Of a stretch of DNA of 64,000 nucleotides, positions 26,049 through 40,430 are shown piece after piece. The stretch is from Octopus sinensis (lineage: Eukaryota), in NCBI RefSeq assembly GCF_006345805.1, contig NC_043007.1, forward strand, positions 3,410,001 through 3,474,000, written 5' to 3'. Numbering within the stretch: the stretch's first letter is position 1; every line of letters begins with the position of its first letter. Both the position numbers and the translations under genes were made by a program. A model generated the notes under the pieces. It did not search any database. It worked only from the letters and a program-made list of their open reading frames with translations, and had not been told where the DNA came from.

Positions 26049-26450
26049 AAGTAGCTTGCTTACCAACCACATGATTCCGGGTTCAGTCCCACTGCGTGGC
26101 ACCTTGGGCAAATGCCTTCTACTATAGCCTTGGGCCGACCAAAGCCTTGTGAGTGGATTTGGTAGACGGAAACTGAAAGAAGCCCGTCGTATATATGTAT
26201 ATATATATATATGTGTGTGTGTATGTGTGTGTGTGTCTATGTTTGTGTGTCTGTGTTTGTCTCCCTAACATCGCTTGACAACCGATGCTGGTGTGTTTAC
26301 GGCCCCGTAACTTAGCGGTTCAGCAAAAGAGACCGACAGAATAAGTACTAGGCTTACAAAGAGTAAGTCCTTGGATCGATTTGCTCGACTAAATGCGGTG
26401 GTCCAACATGGCCACAGCCAAATGACTAAAACAAGTAAAGGAGAGTAAAA
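26049..26450 (+). mobile_element. SINE family B, near full length
   Basis: Family match. Confidence 0.9.
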
Positions 26451-26869
26451 AAAAGGGTCATCAACCTTAGCTGATCGGACCCTCTTGAAATCTCTTTTCG
26501 TTTCATTTACTGGATGTAGAAGACATAATGAGTCTGGCCTTTTCAGGTGCAGCTCGACCAGTCAAAATGCTGTGATTAATGCTCCTGTTCAACCTTTATA
26601 AGCCAACAACTGTGGCGGGGATATGAGCAAATGAGGGCACGAAATGCTGGGGAGGAAGGACTGGCAATAATGATTATTGCCTGGCCTGGAGACGTTTTAA
26701 AAACTTCTCTCCCTCCCACCAGTTCTATCTCACTAACCTCCTCCTTCTCCTCCTCACATCAGCACTCTGTAGTTTTCCTCTTTTTCACCACATATGCTTT
26801 CATCTCACAACTTTATTTAATACATCTTTCATTCTCCATATTGCAACAGGGCGGATCCTCTCTCTCTCC

Positions 26870-26901
<32 letters not shown>

Positions 26902-27273
26902 CGAAGAAGAAGAAGAAGAAGAAGAAGGAGGATGCGGAGGAAAATCAGGGGGCGGAGGCCGTGTGGTCTGAAACGTTCGATTTGTTCACACCTCCAGACA
27001 AATCGACTTACTAAGCGACTCTACGATCTTTCCATTAAAATAATTAATGACGATTTTTATTATGTACTCCGGACATTCTCAATAATATTCTGGCAGTCAC
27101 AAAGCATTGCCAATACCCTGCTCATGAAAAATAATTGCCTGATTTCATTCAAAGCTAATTTACAGCAAATATGAAATTTTATTAATGTGTTCTTTATATA
27201 TTCTTAAGATGGGTTGTGTAAGTTGATAGAGACTTCGTTGACATTTCAAATAGTTTGAGTTATAACGATTCAT

Positions 27274-27406
27274 CTCGCTCTGGGCGCCATTGGGGCGACT
27301 GCACACAGCTACCAGCCCACAGTCGACGCTATGGCGACCAGGGCTCGCTCTGGGTGCCATTGGGGCGACTGCACACAGCTACCAGCCCACAGTCGACGCT
27401 ATGGCG
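27274..27406. repeat. GC-rich tandem duplication, 63-bp units, period 70
   Basis: 27274-27336 and 27344-27406 differ by one C/T. Spacer ACCAGGG. Confidence 0.95.
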
Positions 27407-27835
27407 TTATAAAATTTCATCTTCTTACAAAGTTAGAAAGACCCCCTCCATGGGGACTTAACACACACAATTTTGTCATTTTATCTAAGCAAAAACGAAT
27501 ACAGTTGTGCTCTTGGAAGCTGTAGGGTTACCCGAGCATAAAAGTTGGGCATTATTTCTAATTCAATGGTACAACAGTGTAACAGTTTGATTTGACATAC
27601 ACTTACATTGTGATTTCTGCAATATGGTGCATAAATTGTTAAGTAAATGAGAGGCATCTTTGTCTCCACTGATTCAGTTGCAAAGTGTTGAATAAAGTTA
27701 TTTGATTGCAGACCTCCTTTCAGTCTTTTTATTATCACTCGGTCACACATAGTCCCCAGGTGGTAACATTGATTACAAGGCCTTCCCAGATAAGTGACTG
27801 GTTATTCAAAGACATTTATAGATTTTAAATTTATT

Positions 27836-28033
27836 CTGGCATCGACGAAGATCCTCTATATTACCGCGAGGAGCGACCAGTTTGATATCGTCGGCAAATA
27901 GAAGGGTGTGTTGCGTGAGGTCGTCGGGCAAGTCATTTATGAAGACTAAGAACAACAAGGGCCCAAGCACTGAACCTTGAGGCACGCCACTGCTCGCACT
28001 GGAGACGTCGGACCGCGAACCATTAACTTGGAC
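27836..28033 (-). pseudogene. Isolated non-LTR reverse transcriptase core fragment (CR1/L2/Jockey-type)
   Basis: Open 66 codons VQVNGSRSDVSSASSGVPQGSVLGPLLFLVFINDLPDDLTQHTLLFADDIKLVAPRGNIEDLRRCQ. FADD lies at 27887-27898. Confidence 0.92.
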
Positions 28034-28040
28034 ATATATA

Positions 28041-28181
28041 CGACGGGCTTCTTTCAGTTTCCGTCAACCAAATCCACTCACAAGGCTTTGGTCGGCCCGA
28101 GGCTATAGTAGAAAACACTTGCCCAAGGTGCCACAACCCGGAACCATGTGGTTGGTAAACAAGCTACTTGCCACACAACCA

Positions 28182-28184
<3 letters not shown>
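28041..28184 (-). mobile_element. SINE family B, 5' half
   Basis: Family match. Confidence 0.85.
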
Positions 28185-28943
<759 letters not shown>

Positions 28944-29241
28944 AGGGTTGTTATTAGAAATATTTGAAATTTCCTTCTTTTAAACCTTAGTTCCCTCTAC
29001 TTTTATATCCTCCCCTCCTCCTGTCCTCTCTACACATTCTGATTAAGTCTTCCATATGTTAACATGTTACCTCCTGGCGACAATGTAAACTTTCATTTTA
29101 AGCAAGATAACTTTGACCTCAAGAGTAGCCTGCGGTATACACCTCGCTTCGATATTCATCACTTCTGAGGTGTCGCTCGCCTTGAAACATATGTAGCCCA
29201 GATCTTATCTACTCCTACTTCATTCCTTAATTCTTGAGTAT

Positions 29242-29311
<70 letters not shown>

Positions 29312-30553
29312 CATATATATATACTATGCACATACATACATACATATATATATATATACTGTAGTATATATGTTAGCGTGTGTGGTGTGTGTGTTTGTGT
29401 GTGTGAGAAAGAGAGGGAGAGAGATAGAGAGACAGTGTTATCCTAATCAAGAGGGTGACAACGAAATCTATCGTTTGTTGTTATTTGATGTCACCAGATA
29501 AAAGTGTTGTAACGGTCTGAAAGCAACGAAACAAACAAACAACCGAAGACAACATCAAACGGATGAACAAAACATTACACGAAAAACTCTTTTCAAAACA
29601 GTTCATTTCAACACCCATTTCAAATGTAAGTTTTACGTGAAAATCATTAATTAGATTATATTAGTCTTTGACTCTTCATTATCAAATACTTTTTCTTCGA
29701 CTTCTAATATAGATTTTATGAATTATGTACAAAAGTGAGTAAAATCGTAGCTGAAGAACAAAGTTAACGTATATCGAATACGTTCGATTCGACATTAGAC
29801 GAAATAGTTTATTTAAATGAAGAACACGTTTCTGTTAAAAAAAATTTCATATCAATAAAAAGATAATTTTGCCGAAGTTGTTTACATATTCATTTTGAGT
29901 TTTGAGCTTCTTGTAAACATTCGAAAGCGTAAGTATTGCATCTTAATGTTTAGCCTTTCTTTTTCCACAACCAGAAAATATTTTAACTTTGAATTCCCTC
30001 CTCTTTCCTCTTTCCTGCTCCTCCTTTACATTTTCCTTACGGAAATCGATTCACAGATGCTCAAACTGTATATCAGCTACATTAATCTGATCAATGTGGA
30101 AGGCTTGCGAATGTCGTTTAATAAACTTCTTTACTCTTGAATAAAACCATTAAAAATATCGAAAGAAGTTTTGGAATTACATTTTTCTTATTTTTTTTCT
30201 ACAACCAAGATGAACTTGAGAGAGCATGCCAGCTGAGCTGATCCGAGATGGCTAATTTATATAATTCAATTCGCTAACCAAGTATTTGAACATTAAAATC
30301 CCACGAAAGTTGACTTCGCCTTTGAAATAGCTGAAGAACGATTCCAGACTACAACTATTTTCAAAATTTGTCTGAATGTTTAATAACAAAAACGATTTCA
30401 TAAGGAGACTTCAGTTGTCATATTGTAATCAAATACTTTTTTATTTTCACCTAACTATCTGCTTTTTTGAACACCATCCGTAAAATTTAGAACCGTAATG
30501 CCATTATAATCCGCTCGTTGCTACTAATTGACTTTATGTAAAATCAACTTAAA

Positions 30554-31143
30554 GCGTCGAGATGGCAGAAACGTTAGCACGTCGGGCGAAATGCTTAGCA
30601 ATATTTCGTCTGCCATTACGTTCTGAGTTCAAATTCCGCCGAGGTCAACTTTGTCTTTCATCCTTTCGGGGTCGATTAAATAAGTACCAGTTACGCACTA
30701 GGGTCGATATAATCGACATAATCCGTTTGTCTGTCCTTGTTTGTCCCCTCTGTGTTTATCCCTTTGTGGGTAGTAAAGAAATAGAAATAGGTATGTCGTC
30801 TGCCGCTACGTTCTGAGTTCAAATTCCGCCGAGGTTGACATTGCCTTTTATCCTTTCGGGGTCGATTAAATAAGTACCAGTTACGCACCGGGATCGATAT
30901 AATCGACTTAATACGTTTGTCTGTCCTTGTTTGTCCTCTCTGTGTTTAGCCCCTTGTGGGTAGTAAAGAAATAGGTATTTCGTCTGTCGCTACGTTCTGA
31001 ATTCAAATTCCGCCGAAGTCGACTTTACCCTTCCTCCTCTCGGCATCGATAAAATAACTACCAGTCGAGCACTATTGTTGATGTAATCGTCTTGTCCTCG
31101 CCCCCGAAGCGGCGAGCTTTGTACCAGAATTTGAAACCAATAT
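30554..31143 (+). mobile_element. Tandem array of three SINE C units
   Basis: Units 30554-30790, 30791-30974 (184 bp) and 30975-31143 (older tail ending TTTGAAACCAATAT). Confidence 0.92.
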
Positions 31144-32939
31144 AAAATCAACTTCTCTGATTAAAAGGAATATACTTTATTATCCCCCCTTGCTTGTGCT
31201 ACAGTATCCATATCGAACATGAATCCTGGAGCTAATGCTTTCGTCATTTCTTGCGTAATAGAAATTTTAGTTTTAATTAATTGCAATTTAGATGTCGTTC
31301 CTCTCGCTTGATTAGATTTGATTAACATTAATAATCACTAGAATCGATTACCATTAGTAATTATAATTAATATTACGTTTTCATCTGCTCGTTGCAACGG
31401 CAGTTTTACTTACCTTAAATTGAGGTGTGTAACCGACTCCTTTAAGCCTGAAAATCATTTCTCCAAAAATAGGAATCGGTTAAATGAAGTGGAGACCCAA
31501 GATGAATGTCTACGACCGACTGGTTAATAATTTCTATGCACGACTTTCAATATCTCCAGTAAGTTATTACAAATATTATTCGAAATAGAACTGTCGTTCT
31601 AAAACTGACACCTTATTTAATTTTTTTCCAAGTGAAGCCTTGGGGGTAAAGTATTTTCAGCGATACTATTTGGAAAGCGAAAACGATGAAATTTGAACAA
31701 ATCCAGCTATAGTAAAAATAGTTCTGCAATTGGCTGAGTGGGTTTGGCACCACTAACTCCTTGTTTGTATCATTGATACAAAATGGCGAAGGTTTATACG
31801 GTTTGTTTATCTACTTTTAGCTGTTACTCTGTATTTTCGTATATGATTTACGGTATGTATATGATAGTCGTCAGTTAGAACTCAACGTATGTCGGTTTAC
31901 ATAGAGATTTTGTACATGGTGTTTCACTACAACGTACAGTATGTATGCTATAGTCAGCTCAGTTAAGCTGATCCTAAACTTGTCACCAATAAGAGCAATC
32001 CCATAAGAGCGTACAATACGTTTGAGAATCGACCAATACGGTATAAGATCGACCTATAAGATCGACTTGCATATCAGGTCGACATATACAGCGCTATTTA
32101 CGATAAGTGAAATCGCTTTTCTCAGTACATAAAGTATGACAGCATTGAACCAATTATTGTTTATGGAGGTGACTTTTTGGTACCTGACACTATAATTTTC
32201 TGTCCTTCTGCAATATAAACATTAAGATCGATTCAAAGTTAACGAATCTAGCTTCTATTTGCGCTTCACTATGGTAGCTAAAATGCTGTTCGAAAATTCC
32301 CATGACGTTGACAAAAGCAGCACGGACCATGTTTGGTGGAATATGAAGTGAAGACCCTTTCTTCTCCACTTCCGTTTTGCTTTTTGCTTTTCACTCAATG
32401 TAAACTGAACTACGCCTGACGTTGTTCAACGCTGAATATAAAATATACGTCTCATATTATTCGTATGTATTTCCATTTGGTCATTGCAAGGACATAATAT
32501 TGATAAATTTATTGCACAATTGGTGTATTTACGCAAATGAATTAATGCAGCCTGGCAAGAAGGCCATTATTTTCTGTTGCCAATCTATATTTTATTTGGA
32601 TTTGTCACAATAAGACCTATTGTTTGACTAAGTACAATATGATACGGAGACAGAAATTGAAATTCAGATTAATCCTTCTTTGGCTGAGACAGATTCTGTG
32701 TTAAATTAATTACTTTAAGACGGAAAAATACATTTATCTTCTATTATTGTCACTATTATTATTATTGTTGTTGTAGTTTGTTGTTGTTGTTCTTGTTATT
32801 AAATACATTTTCGTTTCGTTGATTCTTTTTTTTTTGCTTTGTTTAGTTCTCTGCCTTTATTACCCATGACAAAGTATTATATCGTATCAGGCAATTATGA
32901 AGTCAGCGTCGTTACTGAATGACAAAAACAAACCGAACC

Positions 32940-32983
32940 AAAACAGCAACAGCAACAGTAACAACAACAACAACAACAACAAC

Positions 32984-33023
<40 letters not shown>

Positions 33024-33025
33024 TT
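32940..33025. repeat. (CAA)n(TAA)n microsatellite
   Basis: Direct reading. Confidence 0.95.
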
Positions 33026-34174
33026 ACATAAGCCTCAAGCTTCCGATTTATGGGAGTCCCAGCTGCAAATAACATCCATGAAAATCAAATGAAAAACTCC
33101 GGTCACAAGTAATGGATTACCAATGAAGTCTTTATCGTTATGTAATACATCAAAAAAGAAAGGAACAAAATCTATTTTACTGGGCCCAGCCCTCTTCAAG
33201 CAATGACTGCGGTCGGGAATGAATATGAAAAGAAAAGTGAAATGGCTAAAACGAGAATTGAACCCGCATTATTGATATAACTTATAACAACAGAGCGGAG
33301 CTGTGTTCGCACCAACCGTTCGGCAATAACAGCTCACATTTCGATGGTGAAATGGAAGAGAGAAAATCTCTTCAAGATTCGAAATCAGAAATGATTGTAC
33401 GCGAACTAGAAAATACGATGCGTGATGGAAACGCTTCTGCTTCAGAAAAAAAGAAAAAAAAGTATTTGGTTCCTAATTAAAGGCCGTGCATAGTCTTTGA
33501 ATTCGTTTTAGGTGTAAACTTTGCTTCTCTAAGTTTCCTATAAGGATAATGTTTATATTTATCAGGAACCAGTAAAATATCTGAGACGTTAGATATTGCA
33601 ATTAGATTATACGCGATGCAAGAAATCTGTTCTGTTACGTGAGTTAAAATAAGGACATTACAGGCAAACTCCTTGTATACGCTTATCTGGTCACTTCTGA
33701 ATCTATCGATTTGAGCCCTCCAGTTGACGTTCCTGTTGTAAAAGACTTGTCAGGCCATAAAGAGTCTCTGATCCCCAGATCTAAGTGAAGATGCAATGTT
33801 TGACATCATCAAAGATAAACAGTCATTTGAGAGGTCAGTTAAACGTTTCCCAATATAAAAGTGTGTGCGTATATAAATACATACGTGCATACATACATAC
33901 ATACATGCATGCATACATACATACATACAAACACACACGTATATATAATATATATATTATATATAAAATATATGTATTATATATAATATATAAATATATA
34001 TATAAAATATATGTATTATATATAATATATAAATATATATATATACATACATATATATATATATATATATATGCATACACACATGCATACATATATATTA
34101 TGCATATGGGTATACGCAGATACATACATACATACATACATACATACAAGACCTCAGTTGGTCAATGCCAATAA

Positions 34175-34302
34175 ACCTTTCTATCGTAAGCACAAAGCCT
34201 GAAATTTGGGTGAGGGGACAGTCGATTACATCGACCCCAGTACTGAACTGGTACTTAGTTTATCGACCCCGTAAGGATGAAAGGTAAAGTCGACCTCGGC
34301 TG
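34175..34302 (-). mobile_element. 5'-truncated SINE C (old tail) with a 15-bp TSD
   Basis: GGTCAATGCCAATAA at 34160-34174 and 34303-34317. Confidence 0.88.
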
Positions 34303-34981
34303 GGTCAATGCCAATAATGTGCCTGCGCATACAAATGCCGGTCTGAGTAAGAAAGATTTAAGGAAGACTAGCAGTTCTTCAAGTATGCAAAATATTCCTT
34401 CTCAACATCTCAAGATGATTGACGTTTATCCAGACGATAGATGAAGCGATAGATCTTGGACGCAATATAATCGCCGACATTGTTCGAAAGTAAAGAACCG
34501 GAAGGGTTACGATACCAGGGTAGCGCGTTCGATTGTGGACCGCGAAATAATGGAAGGCAAATTTAACCTCTGTGGAATTTGAACTCAGAAACGTTGGAAT
34601 GTACTTTTTGTGTGTGTTTTGTCATTGTGTTGGCGTATGGCTGCGTAGGTTCTTATAGGTATATAGCATAGGTGGCATATATATCATATATAAACATGTG
34701 TGGACATATGTATGTATACGCGTTTATGTATATGTGTGTATGTTATGCATATATATATATATATTATATAAACATATATATTACATAAATATATATATAT
34801 CTTATACACGCGTATATATAATATATATTGTATATATGACATATGTATTTATATTGTATATATGACAATATATGTTTATATATATATGTATATATGTATG
34901 TATATGTATTTAGATATATGTGTGTGTGTGCGTGTACTGTACATACATAAATGCATATATGTATGTATGTATATATATATA

Positions 34982-35038
<57 letters not shown>

Positions 35039-35477
35039 CATACAAATGCGCACATATACAACAACAATACACACACACACACACATACACGTACATATAT
35101 TTCTTGTCCAATCTATCAATACATAAATAATACATTATTCCCACAACTAGTTCCCCAGTCATCGGTTTGGTCCGAATTGATTGTATCGTATCGGCGTCCA
35201 TTCTATGAATATATTTGATGGCAATCAATAGTAATATTTATGAAATATTACCGTTTCTGTTGATTAACAAGTTCTCTTCCCCAACAGTTCTGGGTTCGAT
35301 CCTCTTGGTGATATTTCTTGTATACATGACCTCCGCGTGATACACTCACGTACACGCATGCGTGCATACATACATACACGCACTTGCACACGGGAGCACG
35401 CAGATACACATACGTACATATATACATCCATCCGTACATATATACATCCATGCATCCATCCATACATACACACGGAC

Positions 35478-35529
<52 letters not shown>

Positions 35530-35570
35530 GTAAGTAGGTAGGTAGGTAGGTAGGTAGGTAGGTAGAATGA

Positions 35571-35638
<68 letters not shown>

Positions 35639-36174
35639 TGCATGTAAATTAATGAATTGCGCAAAATTAGAAGAAACCTTAAAGCGTCGGATGTTATACC
35701 TTACGATATTAGTTCCGGTTGGAGGCCATACCGTTTCACGGCCAACCTTACCGTTCATTATCTCTCTTTGGTCAGTGCCAACTGGCTAACCTCTAAACTA
35801 ATGCCAAGAACAAGGATTAATCTCAAATGTTTTATCTTGATAGACTTCTGCTAAATTCTCTCTTCTCACATTCTCTTAGATATTAGCAGCAATTCACACT
35901 CGCAGTCTGAAGTATTTCCCATCACATGACTGAGTTCCTTTAATGGGAACTAACTGTGTCTGCTTGGTCTCCGTTGTTCTAAAGTTTTCGCCAAAACTGC
36001 TGAGGGGTTCGTTGATTTTACACTGGTTCTTACCTAAAGCTCCGAGTAATGATCAAATAAGTAACTGCTTACCTGAATATGCTCATACACACCTCCACAC
36101 AAGCACATACAGGTATGCAGATACGTGAGTGTGTGTGTACGTATATAGTTATGTGTGTATATATATAGATATAT

Positions 36175-36208
<34 letters not shown>

Positions 36209-36369
36209 ATAGGTGCTAAAATGGTGGTAAAAGCGTGGAAATAAATAATGCGTAGAAAGATGAGAATCAAACTTCTTCATGTGAATGAAATAGAAAGATA
36301 GACAGACGGATAGACAAGCAGACATGCAGACAGACAAACAGACAGGTAGACAGGTAGATCGATAGATAA

Positions 36370-36402
<33 letters not shown>

Positions 36403-36407
36403 AAGAC

Positions 36408-36496
<89 letters not shown>

Positions 36497-37001
36497 GGCA
36501 GGCAGACAGGCCGACAAACAGATATAAATACATACATCAATGCATATATGTATGCATGTGTGTGTGTGTGTATGCATGTATAGACATATCTACTTTCAAA
36601 TGTCACAGTTTGTCTACAAACGAGAAAGACAACACTCGGTAATTACGTGTGTGTATGTGTGTGTCCGTGTTGTTTTATTATGTTGTTCTTCCAGTTGTTT
36701 TAACAAGTGCACTGCGGCTAGGCTGCGGCTTATCCGACGATTAAATCGATTCCAGGACTTTTTGTTTTGTCGAATTTTATTTGTGCGTGTATGTGTATTT
36801 TTTTCTTTGCTCTTTCTTTTAATATGGTATTTATATATTCGGAGCTCTTTTGCGAGATATGCGAAGAAGCCAAAAGCGGTTTTCAAAACTGCGACACAAG
36901 CACACACACGAACACACACACACACACACACACACACATTCACAGATAATATACACACACACACACACCTGTATGTATGAATGTATCAATGACTACACAT
37001 A

Positions 37002-37164
37002 GGCGCAGAAGTGGCTGTATGATAATTAGCTTGCTTACCAACCACATGGTTCCGGGTTCTGTCCCATTGCGTGGCAGCATGGGCAAGTTTATTCTACTGT
37101 AGCCTCGGGCCAGCCAAAGCCTTGTGAGTGGATTTGGTAGACGGAAACTGAAAGAAGCCTGTCG

Positions 37165-37244
<80 letters not shown>

Positions 37245-37490
37245 AGTGAGTGTGTGTGTGTATGTGTTTGTGTGTCTGTGTTTGTCCCCCCACTCAAAAT
37301 CGCTTGACAACTGATGCTGGTGTGTTTACGTCCCCATAACTTAGCGGTTCGGCAAAAGAGACCGATAGAATAAGTACTAGGCTTACAAAGAATAAGACCT
37401 GGGATCGATTTGTTCGACTAAAGGCAGTGCTCCAGCATGGCCGTAGTCAAATGACTGAAAAGAGTAACAAGAGTAAAGAGTAAAAGAATA
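37002..37490 (+). mobile_element. SINE family B, full length with an expanded (TG)n centre
   Basis: Family match. Confidence 0.9.
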
Positions 37491-37496
37491 GACTCA

Positions 37497-38401
37497 AGTA
37501 TTGTTTCGTGGTTAAGAAGCTCCTTTTGCAACCACAAGGTTTCCGGTTCAGGCCTACTGTGCGGCACCTTGTAAAATTATTCAGTACTTTAACCCTGGGT
37601 CGACCAATGCTTTGTGGATAGATTTAGTCGGCGAAAACTGTGTGGACGCCCGTCATATATTGGGTTGTCCGAAAAGTTCGTGCCGATTTATAGTAGCTTA
37701 CCTTTCGGCTTATTTTAGAACATGGTTGAGTCCATAAAATAGGATTTGACTACACCTCCATTTAGAACACAGTTTAAGTTATCTCTTCGTGGAAGAAGAT
37801 TTATGTTCCTATAACCTGTGTTAAATCAGTAACCGTTTAAAATGGAAGATGAGAAAGTTCATTTTCGGCACTTGATGCTTTGGGAACCAGACAAAAATTG
37901 CTGCAGCTCGGCTGGGATGTGTTACCCCACTCTCCATATTCCCCAGATATTGCTCCTTCGGATTTCCACTTATTCAGGTCTCTCCAGAATAGTCTTAATG
38001 GTAAAAATTTCAATTCCTTGGCTGACGTAAAAAGATACCTTGATGAATTCTTTGCCATGAAACCACCTCAATTCTGGGAAGAGGGTATTTTCAAGGTAAA
38101 GGAAAGATGGAGACGCATTGTGCAACGAAATGGTTCATATTCGGTTGATTAAAAATGTAATGGCAAGTATTTATTGACCGTTTTCTTTCCTTTAAAAATC
38201 GGCCCGAACTCTCCGGACAACCCAATACATATGTGTGTGTGTACTTTTGTGTCTGTCTTTGTGGCCCCACCAGTACCTGACAACAAGCGTTGGTTTCTTT
38301 CAATGTTCCTGCACCATAGCGATTCGGCAAAAGAGACCGAGAGAATAAGTATATAAGATTTATTCAAATAAAACAATTCGAAGCGTTGCTCCAGCATGGC
38401 T
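37497..38401 (+). mobile_element. Old, diverged SINE B split by a mariner insertion
   Basis: 5' half ends GACGCCCGTCATA. The 3' half (TTTGTGGCCCCACC...GGCAAAAGAGACCGAGAGAATAAGTA...GCTCCAGCATGGC) follows the mariner. Confidence 0.7.
37660..38225 (+). mobile_element. Internally deleted mariner, 566 bp
   Basis: TIRs TTGGGTTGTCCGAAAAGTTCGTGCCGATTT / AAATCGGCCCGAACTCTCCGGACAACCCAA with TA TSD. N-terminus MEDEKVHFRHLML is fused out of frame to ...GWDVLPHSPYSPDIAPSDFHLFRSLQN...ERWRRIVQRNGSYSVD*. Confidence 0.95.
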
Positions 38402-38951
38402 AAGAGACTATACAAATCCTAGTTGGATGACTCTAGCGGGCATTTTTGCTTTGAGAAGCATTATGAGAGCATTGGGTATCTCCAGCTTTCTTTCCTTGTG
38501 TAGCATTAAGTATTGTGTTGCAAATAAACCACGTCGACAAACTGACAAATGTTTTAGAAATCTCTTCGAAAGCGCCTTCATTAAAAATCCGTGTGTACAT
38601 AACTGGTAGAAACAATGCGGTGTGTGGAAGTCGGGTATTCAGGGTATTTATTTAATTTCTATTTAAATGGAAATCGGTTTGTTTTGTTGTTCTCTTGTTT
38701 AGCAAATTAATCGCTCTAAACATGATCATTTCCAATAATGTTGTGCATGTTGACTAATACATTAATAAATAATTCTTGTTTATTGGCGAATGTCTTGTTT
38801 ATTAAATATGTGTGCGTATGTGTGTGCGTGTGTGATGGGGTGTATATAAGTGTGATTGTACAGTTGTGTATGTACGTGTGTATATAATTCAGTGTGCATG
38901 TATGTGTATAAAAAGGGGAAAGAGTAAAGTATACATTTGAGTGCGTGTATG

Positions 38952-39007
<56 letters not shown>

Positions 39008-39287
39008 CACATATGTGCATACATGTACATATATATGCATATATGTATATATGTGCATATATATGTGTGTGTGTGTGAATGTGTGTGTACATGTATATAT
39101 ACGTACATATACAGGAATGAGAATATATAGACATATGTATATGTGTATATATGTGTGTGTGTGCGTGTGCATACATGTACATATGCATCTATGTTTGTGT
39201 ATAATATATATATTCTGTGTGTATTTGCATGGGAGTATGTATACACATGCTCGAAGGCGCGCCTCCGTGTGTATGTGTGTGTGTGTG

Positions 39288-39322
<35 letters not shown>

Positions 39323-39963
39323 AATGCGTGTTCATGTTTGTCTTCAAGATTGCACAATCGCTTGCAGCGCCACCTATCTATATAAATGTGTTAGGAAGGC
39401 AAGTTTTGATGGACTGATAACTGATAACCACATCAGCAATTAAACCTGGTCATTTTTGAAAACAGTTATTTGCTAAAATTACATATTGGCAACATCCTAT
39501 TGCAACGAATTTGGATGGCTTAATTAAAAGATTGATAATTAAAGAAGCTATTAAGCATAGATAGATTAGACGAGATAAGGTGCCTGCTATTACTTTCTGT
39601 GGAAGTGTGTTTATATGATGTTTTCGAAGTAGGCAAGTTCTTACAGAAAGTAAATCTTGTACAGACATGTGTGTTATTGTGTGCCGTAAATTTCTGCTTT
39701 GAATTTTCAAGTGTTTCATTTATTTTTGCTTTGATGTATAAATAATCTTATTGGAAGATCTGTGTAAACAATTGAAGGATAATCAGTGTCCATCATGCTT
39801 TGGTGTTCAAGCCACACCTCAGTCGAATTTGCTTTCGTTGCACCGAAATCGATCGCATTTTCAGAGCAACTTGATTGACAGAAACATCCAATATGACAAC
39901 TATACATGCTTCTAGTAAGATGTATACATGTATATATATGTGTGTGTATATATATATATATAT

Positions 39964-40142
39964 TGTGACACCCTTCGGGATTGCACCTAGAAAGTTACCC
40001 TCCGAGGCACAAGTCTGGACAAGGTTGCTTATAGAAGACCAGCAGTCGCCCATGCATACTGGCCTCCCCCCTCCACCGTTGTTATCCAAGGGAAAGGCAA
40101 AGGGGCCGATACAGCTTGGCACCAGTGACGTCGCAACTCATT
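39964..40142 (-). mobile_element. 3' part of a fourth SINE or LINE-tail family (D)
   Basis: GC-rich block CCTAGAAAGTTACCCTCCGAGGCACAAGTC...GGCCGATACAGCTTGGCACCAGTGACGTCGCAACTCATT fused to a SINE A fragment. The family assignment is from recall, and the block occurs only once in this window. Confidence 0.55.
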
Positions 40143-40144
40143 TA

Positions 40145-40430
40145 TTAACGTGCAAGTGGCTGAGCACTCCACAGACACGTGTACCCTTAACGTAGTTCTC
40201 GGGGAGATTCAGCGTGACACAGAGTGTGACAAGGCTGGCCCCTTTGAAATACAGTTACAACAGAAACAGGAAGAAGGAGTGAAACAAAGTTGTGGTGAAC
40301 GAATACAGCAAGGTTCACCACCAAGCCCTGCTGGAGCCTCGTGGAGCTTTAGGTGTTTTCGCTCAATAAACACTCACAATGCCCTGTCTGGGAATCGAAA
40401 CCCCGATCCTACGACCGCGAGTCCGCTGCC
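40145..40430 (-). mobile_element. SINE family A, partial
   Basis: Reverse complement of ~415-695. Confidence 0.88.

Noticed and set aside
29165-29200. Hammerhead-like CTGAGG...TGAAACATATGTA
   Set aside because: The core is incomplete and stem I does not pair; at best it is a decayed relic
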